In this document: piece by piece, positions 18,854 through 28,066 of the stretch | Position numbering within the stretch: the first letter of the stretch is position 1 | Layout of the letters: each line of letters opens with the position of its first letter | Assembly (NCBI GenBank): GCA_035499735.1 | Contig: DATJYC010000043.1 | Coordinates: 15,182-79,181, forward strand | Direction of reading: 5' to 3' | Length of the DNA stretch: 64,000 nucleotides | Origin: Burkholderiales bacterium | GTDB taxonomy: Bacteria; Pseudomonadota; Gammaproteobacteria; Burkholderiales; SG8-39 | The notes under the pieces: generated by a model | Databases searched by the model: none | Told to the model about the DNA's origin: nothing | The model's input: the letters and a program-made list of their open reading frames with translations, nothing else | Program-made: the position numbers and the translations under genes

Positions 18854-19843
18854 TCAATACATGTGCACGTAGACCACATGGACGATCGCGCTGAATACCA
18901 GCATGAAGACGAAAGGAACGTGCAGGACGTGCCACAGGGAGAACAGGCGCTCGTAGGTGCGGAACTGGGCGACTTCCTTCAGCTCGCGCATGTAGCCCTT
19001 CAGGATCCGCCGCGCGACGCGGATGCGATGGCTGCGCTCGCCGCGAGGCCAGTTGCGCTCGCTGGCGGCGCGCGACAGGATCCGGCCGACGTCCCGCATG
19101 CTGCGCCAGTAGACGTAGCGGGTGCGCACCGTGAGCGCGAGAAACCGCCGCACGCCGAGCAGACCGAGACGGGTCTGGTCGGCGGCGTACGCTTCCAGGT
19201 CCTTGAGGCGCTGCTCCACGCTGGGCGCAAAGTGGAATTTCGACTTTAGCGACTCGCCCTGCAGGCCCAGGTGCTCCTGGCGCTCTCGCAGCGTGGCCTG
19301 GCGGCCGTAGAGGCCGTGGTGGATCTTGGTGTAGATGAAGCGCCCGATGATTCCGCTGCCCGCGACGATCAGCATGCTGTAGAAGGCGACGGCGGCGTTG
19401 AGCGAGCCGATCCTGAGCGTGGAGTGGTACAGGATCAGGACCGGCCCGGCGATCCCGAGGAACATGTGCACCTTGAACCAGTGCCGGAGCTCCCCGGCCC
19501 GCTGAAGGAAGCGCACGCGCTTGCGCAGGGGATACAGGAGCAGCAGCAGCATGAAGATCGAGCCGACGAGGCCGAGGTTGTAGCCGAGATCGGAGCCGGG
19601 GGTATACAGCTCGGCGCGGCCGGCAAGCCAGGCGCCCGCGGCGAGAACGATCGCCACGAGCCAGATCGCCGTGACCGGCAGGGGGCGGGCGTCCCCGCGA
19701 CGCTCCGACCCCGCGTGCGGGCGCGGGCCCGCCGACCGGCGCTCGACATCGTATGCGGGACTCACCGGGGACGACACAGGTCTGCTCGGACGATTGGTCG
19801 ACGCGGAAGGAGTGCCATTGTCATCTGGACGGCGCACGGCCAT
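18854..19843 (-). CDS. Inner-membrane His-rich protein, cytochrome b/ferric-reductase-like transmembrane module
   Basis: Hydrophobic helices with His residues: WFKVHMFLG...LYHST and WHVLHVPF...IVHVVYVH. First gene of the cytochrome operon. The true start is uncertain and may be downstream of 19843. Confidence 0.78.
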   Translation of the reverse strand: MAVRRPDDNGTPSASTNRPSRPVSSPVSPAYDVERRSAGPRPHAGSERRGDARPLPVTAIWLVAIVLAAGAWLAGRAELYTPGSDLGYNLGLVGSIFMLLLLLYPLRKRVRFLQRAGELRHWFKVHMFLGIAGPVLILYHSTLRIGSLNAAVAFYSMLIVAGSGIIGRFIYTKIHHGLYGRQATLRERQEHLGLQGESLKSKFHFAPSVEQRLKDLEAYAADQTRLGLLGVRRFLALTVRTRYVYWRSMRDVGRILSRAASERNWPRGERSHRIRVARRILKGYMRELKEVAQFRTYERLFSLWHVLHVPFVFMLVFSAIVHVVYVHMY

Positions 19844-20008
19844 CCATGAAAATCTTCCACCATGCCCAGAAGAATCGACGCAGTCGTGAAAAACTGCCGC
19901 GCCTCCCGTTGCCTCCAGAACGCGGGCGTAGGATACGATATATTCAAGCGGGTGTCGGTGATTTTCTCTGTCTCCGATTCACGACACACAGACGTTTCTC
20001 ATTCTCAC

Positions 20009-21316
20009 GTGCTAGCAGGCGCAAACCTCACCACGCTGCTCTTATACGGGCTGCCCTTCCTTGCGGTGCTCGCCTGGTACGTCGTGCGCCAGCGCCGCCG
20101 CGACCGCGAGGGCAGCGAGCGCCTCCAGCAGGCGATCGAGGAGGGGCTCAACGAGCCCGCGTCGCTGCACCCTGTCATCGATCCGCGCAAGTGCCTCAAC
20201 TCCAGGGCGTGCGTCGCGGCCTGCCCGGAGGACGCCATCGGCATCGTCAACGGCAAGGCGCAGCTGGTGAATGCCGCGGCGTGCATCGGCCACGGGGCCT
20301 GCATGGCCTCGTGCCCGCACGACGCGATCACCCTGGTATTCGGCACCGAGAAGCGCGGCATGGACATCCCCCTGGTCAAGCCGAACTTCGAGACCAACGT
20401 GCCCGGCCTGTTCATCGCCGGGGAGCTCGGCGGGATGGGGCTCATACGCAAGGCGGTCGAGCAGGGCCGGCAGGCGATGGAATCGATCGCGAAGCTGAAG
20501 GGCAGCGGCCTGCCGCACGACGTCGTGATCGTCGGCGCCGGCCCGGCCGGCATCTCGGCCTCGCTCGCCGCGAAGGAAAGGAACCTCAAGTTCGTGACGG
20601 TCGAGCAGGAGAGCTCGTTCGGCGGCACCGTCTATCACTACCCGCGCAACAAGGTCGTCATGACCGCGCCGGTGCAGTTGCCGATCATCGGCAAGATGAA
20701 CTTCGGGGAGGTGAGCAAGGAGAAGCTCCTCGAGTTCTGGAACGGCGTCGTCAGGCGCACGGGCATCAAGATCAATTTCTTCGAGCGCATGGAGACGCTG
20801 AAGCCGGACCGCAACGGTTTCGTCCTCAGGACCTCGAAGCAGGAGTACCGCACGCGCGCGGTCCTGCTGACCATAGGCCGCCGCGGCACGCCCCGCAAGC
20901 TCGGCGTGAAGGGCGAGGAACGGCCCAACGTGGTCTACCGCCTGATCGACCCCGAGCAGTACCGCGGCCAGCACGTGCTCGTCGTCGGCGGGGGCGACTC
21001 CGCGCTCGAGGCGGCGCTCGCCTGCGCCGACGAGGCCGGCACGAGGGTCACGCTCTCCTACCGCAGCGAGGCGTTCTCGCGCGTGAAGCAGAAGAACCGC
21101 GAGGCCGTGCAGCGCGCCGAGAGCGCCCGCAGGCTGAAGGTCGTTCTTTCCTCGAACGTCGAGCAGATCGGCGAGGGCAGCGTCACCCTCGACCAGGGCG
21201 GCAGGAAGATCGAGCTGAAGAACGACGCGGTGATCGTATGCGCGGGCGGCATCCTGCCGACCCCCTTCCTCAAGGAGATCGGCGTGCAGGTCGACACCAA
21301 GTACGGCACGGCCTAG
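20009..21316 (+). CDS. Membrane-anchored 2x[Fe-S] ferredoxin fused to a TrxR/FNR-like FAD/NADPH oxidoreductase
   Basis: N-terminal TM followed by RQRRR; CLNSRACVAACP and CIGHGACMASCP; VGAGPAG (FAD); VGGGDSA...YRSEAFSR (NADPH type). GTG 20009 is the chosen start; the ORF is open from 19862. Confidence 0.85.
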   Translation: MLAGANLTTLLLYGLPFLAVLAWYVVRQRRRDREGSERLQQAIEEGLNEPASLHPVIDPRKCLNSRACVAACPEDAIGIVNGKAQLVNAAACIGHGACMASCPHDAITLVFGTEKRGMDIPLVKPNFETNVPGLFIAGELGGMGLIRKAVEQGRQAMESIAKLKGSGLPHDVVIVGAGPAGISASLAAKERNLKFVTVEQESSFGGTVYHYPRNKVVMTAPVQLPIIGKMNFGEVSKEKLLEFWNGVVRRTGIKINFFERMETLKPDRNGFVLRTSKQEYRTRAVLLTIGRRGTPRKLGVKGEERPNVVYRLIDPEQYRGQHVLVVGGGDSALEAALACADEAGTRVTLSYRSEAFSRVKQKNREAVQRAESARRLKVVLSSNVEQIGEGSVTLDQGGRKIELKNDAVIVCAGGILPTPFLKEIGVQVDTKYGTA

Positions 21317-22096
21317 CTACACCGCGGCGCGCTTCGAAATTCCCCCGTCGATGGTGACGATGGTGCCGCTCGTATAGGAGGACAGGTCGGAGGCGAGGAA
21401 CACCACGCTCGCGGCGATCTCGTCGACGGTCGCCGGGCGCCCGAAGGGATTCTTCTTCAGCAGCTCAGCGTAGCGCTCCTCGTCGCCGAGGATCGCCTTC
21501 GCGCGCTTTTTCGAGATCTTCATGACGCGGTCGGTGGCCACCGGCCCCGGGTTGACCGCCAGCACGCGAACGCCGTATTCGGGGCTCGCCGCGCCCAGCG
21601 CGAGAGTCATCGACATCAGGCTGGCGTTGCCCATCGAGCCCGCGACGTACGCCGGGATAGGACGTTCGCCCGCGGCGCCGATGATGTTGACGATGACGCC
21701 GCGTTTCCTCGCCTTCATTTTTGCGAGGTAATGGCGAGTGAGCGCGACGTAGCCGAACACCTTCAGGTCCCAGCCCGCGCGCCAGGCCGCGTCGTCGACC
21801 TCCTCGATCGGCCCCGCCGGAATGTCGCCCGCGTTGTTGATCAGTATGTCGACCTCGGGGCAGGCCTCGATCAGCTTCCCGCGACCCGCGTCCTGCGACA
21901 GGTCTAGCGCTAACGTCCGAACCTCGACCCTCGCGCTCTTCCTGATTTCGGCCGCTTCGCGCTCGAGCAGGTCCTTCGACCGCGCCGCGAGGCGCAGCGC
22001 GCAGCCCTCGCGCGCGAACCACTGCGCGATTCCGAGCCCGATGCCCTTCGACGCGCCCGTGACGAGCACCGTGCGTCCCGCGAGCTTGAGGTCCAT
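21317..22096 (-). CDS. Short-chain dehydrogenase/reductase
   Basis: VTGASKGIG, INNAG, YVAGSMGN, VNPGPVAT and IDGG. Confidence 0.9.
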   Translation of the reverse strand: MDLKLAGRTVLVTGASKGIGLGIAQWFAREGCALRLAARSKDLLEREAAEIRKSARVEVRTLALDLSQDAGRGKLIEACPEVDILINNAGDIPAGPIEEVDDAAWRAGWDLKVFGYVALTRHYLAKMKARKRGVIVNIIGAAGERPIPAYVAGSMGNASLMSMTLALGAASPEYGVRVLAVNPGPVATDRVMKISKKRAKAILGDEERYAELLKKNPFGRPATVDEIAASVVFLASDLSSYTSGTIVTIDGGISKRAAV

Positions 22097-22109
22097 TCCG
22101 GATATCCCC

Positions 22110-22826
22110 TTACTTGACGGCCCGGGCCTTGGCCTTCAGCCGAAGCGCTCGCGCACGCCTGCCGTCGCCCTTCCCGAGCGCGCGGAAGATGTCCTGATAG
22201 ACCGCGACCACGTCGCGCGGCTGCTCCGCGAGTTTCTGCGCGAACGCGAGGGTCTCGCGCTCGAGGCCGGATGCGGGGAACACCTCGTCGAGAAAGCCCC
22301 ACTCGCGGAGCGTCGCCGCCGCGAGGACCTCGCCAGCCAGCATCAAGCGCCGGGTGCGCATCTCGCCGATCATGGTATATAGCCGCTCGAGCGCCGTGAT
22401 CGGGTAATAGAGCCTGTTCTTCACCGCCGGCACCGAGAGCTTGAGGACGTCGTCGCCGAAGCGGAAGTCCGTCGACGCCGCGAGCTGGACGCCTCCGCCG
22501 TAGCAGTTCGCGTGCAGCATGGCGATCGTCGGAAAAGGCATGGCCCGCATGTCGCTCCAGAAGGTTTCGACGCCCTTCTCGACGACGGCGAACCCGTGTG
22601 CGCGTTTCGGGAAGGTTTCCACGAACTTGAGATCGACTCCCGCCGAGAAAGATCGCTCGCCCGCGCCGCGCAGCACCATCGCCCCGACGTCCTTGCGCTT
22701 CTTCAGCGCCCTCGCCGCAGCGGCGAGCCCCTGCGCGATGCCCGCGTCGATCGCGTTCATGCGCGCCGCGTTGTCGAACGTGACGACCGCGACCGCGCCG
22801 CGGATCTCGGTGGAGACAGAGCCCAC
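22110..22826 (-). CDS. Enoyl-CoA hydratase/isomerase family protein
   Basis: DNAARMNAID, GAGERSFSAGVDL and PTIAML...CYGGG. GTG start at 22826. Confidence 0.85.
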   Translation of the reverse strand: MGSVSTEIRGAVAVVTFDNAARMNAIDAGIAQGLAAAARALKKRKDVGAMVLRGAGERSFSAGVDLKFVETFPKRAHGFAVVEKGVETFWSDMRAMPFPTIAMLHANCYGGGVQLAASTDFRFGDDVLKLSVPAVKNRLYYPITALERLYTMIGEMRTRRLMLAGEVLAAATLREWGFLDEVFPASGLERETLAFAQKLAEQPRDVVAVYQDIFRALGKGDGRRARALRLKAKARAVK

Positions 22827-22827
22827 G

Positions 22828-23655
22828 TCAGCCGCTCGCCACGGCGACCGACTCGATGAAACCGAGGCACAGGCGATTGAACTCGGCCGGGTTCTCGAGG
22901 TTGACGCAGTGCCCGGTCTGAGGAAATACGTGCAGGCGCGCGTCCGGGAGAACCCGGGCCAGGAAATCGCTCGGCTTGCGGCACGGCTCGTCCTCGTCGC
23001 CGACGACCACGAGCACCGGAAGACGGAGCGCAACGAGGCGCTTCTCGTGCACGTACAGGGGCGGGCGCCGCCCCTGCACGCCGAGCTGGGTATTGGCGTG
23101 CCCCGCCGGCGACATCGCTAGGAGCTGCTCGTTGAAGCGGCGGAACTCGGCCGGGTTCTTGTCTTTCAGGCGCCGGCGGTTCGGGCTGTCGTTCATCTGC
23201 GCCGCGAGCGCCGCCATCCCGCGCTCTCCCAGCAGCTTCGCGGTCGCCCGCGCGGCGGCGCAGAACGTCTCCGGGTCGTCCGATCCCGAGCCGATGCCGA
23301 CCAGCGTCGCCGAGAGGACGCGCTGCGGCTCCTTGAGCGCGTACTGCAGGCTCGAGGCCGCGCCCATCGACACGCCGACGAGGTGGGCCCGCTCGATCGC
23401 GAGGCCGTCCATCACCGCGGCGATGTCGGCGACCGCGTGATCCTGCGAGTAGCGGTCGGCGGAGGCAGGCACCTCCGAGGGCGGATAGCCGCGCGCGTTG
23501 AACGTCACGCAGCGGCAGCGGCTGCGGAAGGCTTCGACCTGCCCGTCGAAGCTGCGGCAGGAGCCGCCGTACTCGTGCACGAAGAGGACGGCCGTGCCCT
23601 TCCCGCTCTCCTCGCAGTGGATCTTCGTTCCGTCGGCGCTCAGGACTTGCTTCAT
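22828..23655 (-). CDS. Alpha/beta hydrolase
   Basis: VHEYGG, NARGY, GVSMG nucleophile elbow, GDED and GHCVNLE. Confidence 0.88.
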   Translation of the reverse strand: MKQVLSADGTKIHCEESGKGTAVLFVHEYGGSCRSFDGQVEAFRSRCRCVTFNARGYPPSEVPASADRYSQDHAVADIAAVMDGLAIERAHLVGVSMGAASSLQYALKEPQRVLSATLVGIGSGSDDPETFCAAARATAKLLGERGMAALAAQMNDSPNRRRLKDKNPAEFRRFNEQLLAMSPAGHANTQLGVQGRRPPLYVHEKRLVALRLPVLVVVGDEDEPCRKPSDFLARVLPDARLHVFPQTGHCVNLENPAEFNRLCLGFIESVAVASG

Positions 23656-24611
23656 TCGACCTTGAACCCCGAAGTCTTCACGACCTGAGCCCATCTCGCA
23701 ATCTCGCGCTCGATCACGGCGGAGAATTCCTGCGGCGAGTCGGCGATGGGCTCGAGCCCCTGCGTCGAGATCGCATCGCGCAGCTCGGCCGACGCGACCG
23801 CCTTGCGCACCTCGGCGTTCAGCCTCGCGACGATCGCGGCGGGAGTGCCCTTCGGCGCAATCAGCCCGAACCATGCGGTCACGTCGATTCCGGGCAGGCC
23901 CGCCTCGGCCGCAGTGGGGACGGCCGGGAGCCGAGCGGTGCGCTCGGGTGCGAGCACCGCGAGCGCGCGCAGCCTGCCCGACTGGATGTTCTGCACCTGG
24001 AACGAGGCGAGCACGTCGAAGCCGATCTGGACCTGGCCGGCGAGCAGGTCGACGAGCACGGGCGCCACGCCCTTGTAGGGCACGTGCACGATATCGACCT
24101 TCGCGAGCGACTTGAAGCTCTCGCCGGCGAAGTGCTGCAGCGTTCCGTCGCCGATCGAGCCGAAGTTGTAGCGCCCGGGGTTCGCCCGGGCGAGCGCGAT
24201 CAGCTCGCCTAGGGATTTCGCCGGGACCTGGGCGTTGACCACCACGATGAAGGGCGCGCTCGCGACGAGGCTCACCGGCGCGAACGCGGCGAGCGAATCG
24301 TAGGGGGGATTCGCGCGCACCACCGGCGCCATGCCCAGCGTCGACACCGTTCCCAGGCCCAGCGTGTAGCCGTCGGCGGGCGATCTTGCGAGCGCGGCGA
24401 GGCCGATGGTGCCGCCCGCGCCGGCGCGGTTCTCGACGATCAGCTGCTGCCCCAGCCCTTCGCCCAGCTTCTTGGCGAGCGAGCGCCCGATGAGGTCGGT
24501 CGAGCCGCCTGCGGGGAAGGGAACGATCAGCCGCAGCGGGCGGGCCGGGTAGTCCTGGGCGGGCGCCGCTCCGCAGGCGCAAACAAGCAGCGTGGCGAGG
24601 AGGGCTCTCAC
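23652..24611 (-). CDS. Bug/TctC substrate-binding protein
   Basis: DYPARPLRLIVPFPAGGSTD, ENRAGAGG and HVPYKG. GTG start at 24611. Confidence 0.92.
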   Translation of the reverse strand: MRALLATLLVCACGAAPAQDYPARPLRLIVPFPAGGSTDLIGRSLAKKLGEGLGQQLIVENRAGAGGTIGLAALARSPADGYTLGLGTVSTLGMAPVVRANPPYDSLAAFAPVSLVASAPFIVVVNAQVPAKSLGELIALARANPGRYNFGSIGDGTLQHFAGESFKSLAKVDIVHVPYKGVAPVLVDLLAGQVQIGFDVLASFQVQNIQSGRLRALAVLAPERTARLPAVPTAAEAGLPGIDVTAWFGLIAPKGTPAAIVARLNAEVRKAVASAELRDAISTQGLEPIADSPQEFSAVIEREIARWAQVVKTSGFKVE

Positions 24612-25573
24612 TAGGGTGCGTCGCCCCTGAAGCCCGAGGCGCGGATCACGGGGCCCCAGCGCGCGTAGTCGGCGCGGACCACGCCGGCGAATTCCGCGGG
24701 GCTCATCTCGTGCACCTCCAGGTCGAGGCCCCGCATCCTGTCCTTCACCGCGGCCGTGCGCATCGCGGAGACGAAAGCGGCGTTCAGCTTCTTCACCGTG
24801 TCGGCGGGCGTCGCCGCGGGCGCGAAGATGCCGAACCAGGCGTCGGCGGTGAGCGCGGGAAGGCCGAGCTCCGCGAAGGTCGGGACGTCGGGCGCGCCGG
24901 ACGAGCGCTCCTTGCCCGACATGCCGAGGATCGCGAGCTTGCCGGCCTTCGCCTGGGCGAGCAGCGTGCCGAGCGGCTGGATCGTGGCGGGAACGTGTCC
25001 GGCGACGACGTCGAGGATCGCCGGCCCCGCGCCCTTGTAGGGCACCTGCTGCAGCGCAATGCCCTCGGTCTGCCCGAGCAGCACGCCGAAGAAATGCGTC
25101 GAGCCACCCGCGCCCGAGGACGCGAACACCGCGCGCCCGGGGTCGGCCTTCACCCAGGCGACGTACTCCGCGAGCGTCTTCACGCGCATCTCGGCCTGCA
25201 CGGCGAGCGCGAAGTTCCACCGGCCCGTATGAGCGACAGGCGCGAAATCGGCGAGCGGGTCGTAGGGCGGCTTCGCCAGGGTCTGCGGGCGGAAGATCAC
25301 CGTCGCGTCCGGCGCGAGCATCAAGGTGGCGCCGTCGGGTGCCGCCGCCTTCAGCGCTTCGGCGGCGATCTGCCCGACCGCCCCCGGCCGGTTCTCCACG
25401 ATCACCGGCCGTCCGAGCGCCTCGCCCATCGGCTCGGCAAAGATGCGGCCGAGCACGTCGACTGCCCCGCCCGGCGGATAGCCGACGAGCATGCGGGCCG
25501 TCTGCGCAGCCGCCGGCGCGCAGGCGAGCGATGCGACGAGGGCCAAAGCGAGCGGCGTTCGGACTCGTGGCAT
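24611..25573 (-). CDS. Bug/TctC substrate-binding protein
   Basis: VGYPPGGAVD, ENRPGA, QVPYKGAGPA and WFGIFAPA. Confidence 0.92.
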   Translation of the reverse strand: MPRVRTPLALALVASLACAPAAAQTARMLVGYPPGGAVDVLGRIFAEPMGEALGRPVIVENRPGAVGQIAAEALKAAAPDGATLMLAPDATVIFRPQTLAKPPYDPLADFAPVAHTGRWNFALAVQAEMRVKTLAEYVAWVKADPGRAVFASSGAGGSTHFFGVLLGQTEGIALQQVPYKGAGPAILDVVAGHVPATIQPLGTLLAQAKAGKLAILGMSGKERSSGAPDVPTFAELGLPALTADAWFGIFAPAATPADTVKKLNAAFVSAMRTAAVKDRMRGLDLEVHEMSPAEFAGVVRADYARWGPVIRASGFRGDAP

Positions 25574-26832
25574 CAGCGATCCTTCCCTTGCGAGACGTCC
25601 ATGATCATGCGCGCGAGCAGGTAGAGCCGCGGCTCTATCGAGTCTAGCAGGATGTACTCGGCGTCGTTCGAGTGCGCGCCGAAGCCCTGCACCCCGAAGC
25701 GCTCGAGCGTCGCCGCGTGGGACTCGAGCGCCGCGAACGCCGCGTCGGTGCCGCCGCCCTCGGCGACGGAATCGACGGTCAGCTTCCTGCCGATCTCGGT
25801 GTAGACCTTCTGCGCGTGCGCGCCGAGCGCGCGCGCCGCGGCGTTCGCCTCGAGCGGCGGCCGGCGCCGCTCGAAGGTCATCTCGACCTGCGTGTCGGGG
25901 ATGAGCCTCGCGCGAATGCGCTCGCGCACCTCGCGCTCGATGCGGTCGTAGTCGGCGACGCGCAGCACGCGCACGTCCGCGGTCGCGGTCGCCTCGGCGG
26001 GAATGACATTGCGGTTGGTGCCCGCCGACGCCAGCGTCCAGTTCATCTTGAGCCCCGTCGCGGGATCCGAGAGGTCGCGCGTCTGCATGATCTGGTGGGC
26101 GAGCTCGTACAGCGCGTTGCGTCCCATCTCGGGCGCCGACCCCGCGTGCGAGGCGCGCCCCTTCACCTTGAGGACGACCGAGGCGATTCCCGCGGTGGCG
26201 AGGGCGAGCTTGTCGCTGTCCACGCGCGATGACTCGCACGAGAACACCACGTCGTGCCGCGTGCCTTCGCGGATGATCAGCTTGCGCGACCCGGGCGAGC
26301 TCAGCTCCTCGTCGGCGTTGATGAGCACGGTCACGAGGCCGTAGTCGCGGAAGCCCATAGCCGTGAGCATGGCGAGCGCGTGCAGGACGAGGGCCACGCC
26401 CTGCTTGTCGTCGGCGATTCCCAGGCCGTAGGCGCGAGGTCCTTCGACGCGGAAAGGCTGCTTAGCCAGCATGCCGCGCAGGTACACCGTGTCCATGTGC
26501 GCGAGCAGCAGGATCCGCTTCCTTCCCCTGCCCTCGAAGCGCGCGAGCACTACCTTGCCGATCTTCGGCGGCGTGTCGGCCATGCGGTAGGCGTCGGCGC
26601 TGGTATCGACCAGCTCGACCTTGCCGCCGAGCGCCTGCAGGCGTCCCTCGATCAGGTAGGCGGCCTTCTCCAGCCCCTCGAGGTCGCGCGAGCCGGTCTC
26701 GATCGAGACGAGCTCGCGCAGCGTGTCGAGGTAGGGCTGTCTTTCCTTCTTCGCGAGGGAGAAAACCGGCTCCGCGGGCTGCGCGAACGCCGCGCCCGAG
26801 ACCGCGAGCATCAGAACGGCGCAGAGTCTCAC
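25573..26832 (-). CDS. M20 family metallopeptidase, glutamate carboxypeptidase (CPG2)-like, secreted
   Basis: Signal peptide, LLAHMDTV, GIADDKQG, ADEE, GRASHAG, GGGTD and HS. Confidence 0.9.
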   Translation of the reverse strand: MRLCAVLMLAVSGAAFAQPAEPVFSLAKKERQPYLDTLRELVSIETGSRDLEGLEKAAYLIEGRLQALGGKVELVDTSADAYRMADTPPKIGKVVLARFEGRGRKRILLLAHMDTVYLRGMLAKQPFRVEGPRAYGLGIADDKQGVALVLHALAMLTAMGFRDYGLVTVLINADEELSSPGSRKLIIREGTRHDVVFSCESSRVDSDKLALATAGIASVVLKVKGRASHAGSAPEMGRNALYELAHQIMQTRDLSDPATGLKMNWTLASAGTNRNVIPAEATATADVRVLRVADYDRIEREVRERIRARLIPDTQVEMTFERRRPPLEANAAARALGAHAQKVYTEIGRKLTVDSVAEGGGTDAAFAALESHAATLERFGVQGFGAHSNDAEYILLDSIEPRLYLLARMIMDVSQGKDR

Positions 26833-26887
26833 GGGCCCCCTCCGGCGACGTGCAAAGCGGGATTCTATCCTTTAGAGTCGGCTCATC

Positions 26888-28045
26888 GTGAGTCCTTCCC
26901 GTGTTCTCGACCGCAGGCTGATGGTCCTGCTCGCGGTGTCGGTGTTCGCCGGCGCGGGCACCATCCACTACCAGACGCCGATGCTCGCCGCCTTCGCCGC
27001 GGAGTTCCACGCGGACGCGGCGGCCGTCGGCTGGGTGGCGACGCTCACCTTCGGCGGGTTCCTGGCTGGCACCTTCTTCCTCGTACCGCTCGGCGACCGC
27101 TACGACAAGCGCCGCCTCATCCTCACAGAGCTCGCCGTGCTGATCGTCGCGCTCCTGGTGATGGCCTCGGCGCCCACGCTGCCGACGCTGGTCGCGGCGA
27201 GCCTCTTCGTAGGCTTCACCTCCGGCTTCGCGCAGCTCGTGATCCCGCTGACCGCCGAGCTCGCTCCGCCCGAGAAGCGCGGGCGCGTGATGGGGGCGCT
27301 GCTCGCGTGCCTGTTCCTCGGCATCCTTTTCGGGCGGCTTGCAGGCGGCTTCGTCGCGCAGTTCTTCGGCTGGCGCTGGCTCTACGTCGGGGCGGCGGTG
27401 ATGCTCGCCGGGCTCGCCCCCGCCCTGGTGCTGTGGCTGCCGTCGATGCCCTCGAAGACGAGCGTCGGCTATCTGCGCCTGATGCGCTCGCTCTTCGAAT
27501 ACCTGCGCGACAACACGACGCTGCGCCGCGCCTCGACCCTGCAATTCCTGCTGGGCATCTCGTACGGCGGCTTCTGGGCGACCGTCGCGCCGATGATGCT
27601 GGCCCTCCACGGCTTCGGCCCCGCCCAGACCGGACTGCTCGCCATTCCCGGCGCGGCAGGGATCCTCTTCTCGCAGCCCGCGGGCCGATGGTCGGATCGC
27701 CGCGGCGCCTTTCCCATCGTGACCGCGGGCGTGTGCCTGGTGCTCGCGGCTTACGCTGCGTTCGCTTTCGCGCCGCTGTGGGTGGGCGCGGTGATCATCG
27801 GCGCGGTGCTGCTCGACTCGGGGCTGCGCTCGGCGATGGTCGCGAACCAGACGCTCATCACCGCCGTCGCGCCCGAAGCGCGCAGCCGCTTCAACACCGT
27901 GTTCGGCGCCCACATCTGGGGCGGCAACGCGGTCGGCGCCTTCCTCGCGAGCACCGCTCTGGCTCACTGGGGATGGATCGCGGTGTGCGCGATCGCCATG
28001 GGCGCGTCGTGCGCGGCGTTCGTGCTGCACTGGCGCACGCGCTGA
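26888..28045 (+). CDS. MFS transporter
   Basis: About 12 TM helices; LGDRYDKRRL and WSDRRG motif-A-like loops. Confidence 0.9.
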   Translation: MSPSRVLDRRLMVLLAVSVFAGAGTIHYQTPMLAAFAAEFHADAAAVGWVATLTFGGFLAGTFFLVPLGDRYDKRRLILTELAVLIVALLVMASAPTLPTLVAASLFVGFTSGFAQLVIPLTAELAPPEKRGRVMGALLACLFLGILFGRLAGGFVAQFFGWRWLYVGAAVMLAGLAPALVLWLPSMPSKTSVGYLRLMRSLFEYLRDNTTLRRASTLQFLLGISYGGFWATVAPMMLALHGFGPAQTGLLAIPGAAGILFSQPAGRWSDRRGAFPIVTAGVCLVLAAYAAFAFAPLWVGAVIIGAVLLDSGLRSAMVANQTLITAVAPEARSRFNTVFGAHIWGGNAVGAFLASTALAHWGWIAVCAIAMGASCAAFVLHWRTR

Positions 28046-28066
28046 GCTTCCCGGTACGATTCGCGC

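Noticed and set aside
20009-21316. Calling the flavoprotein a thioredoxin reductase
   Set aside because: It has no redox-active CxxC in the NADPH domain, and it is membrane-anchored, ferredoxin-fused and permuted.
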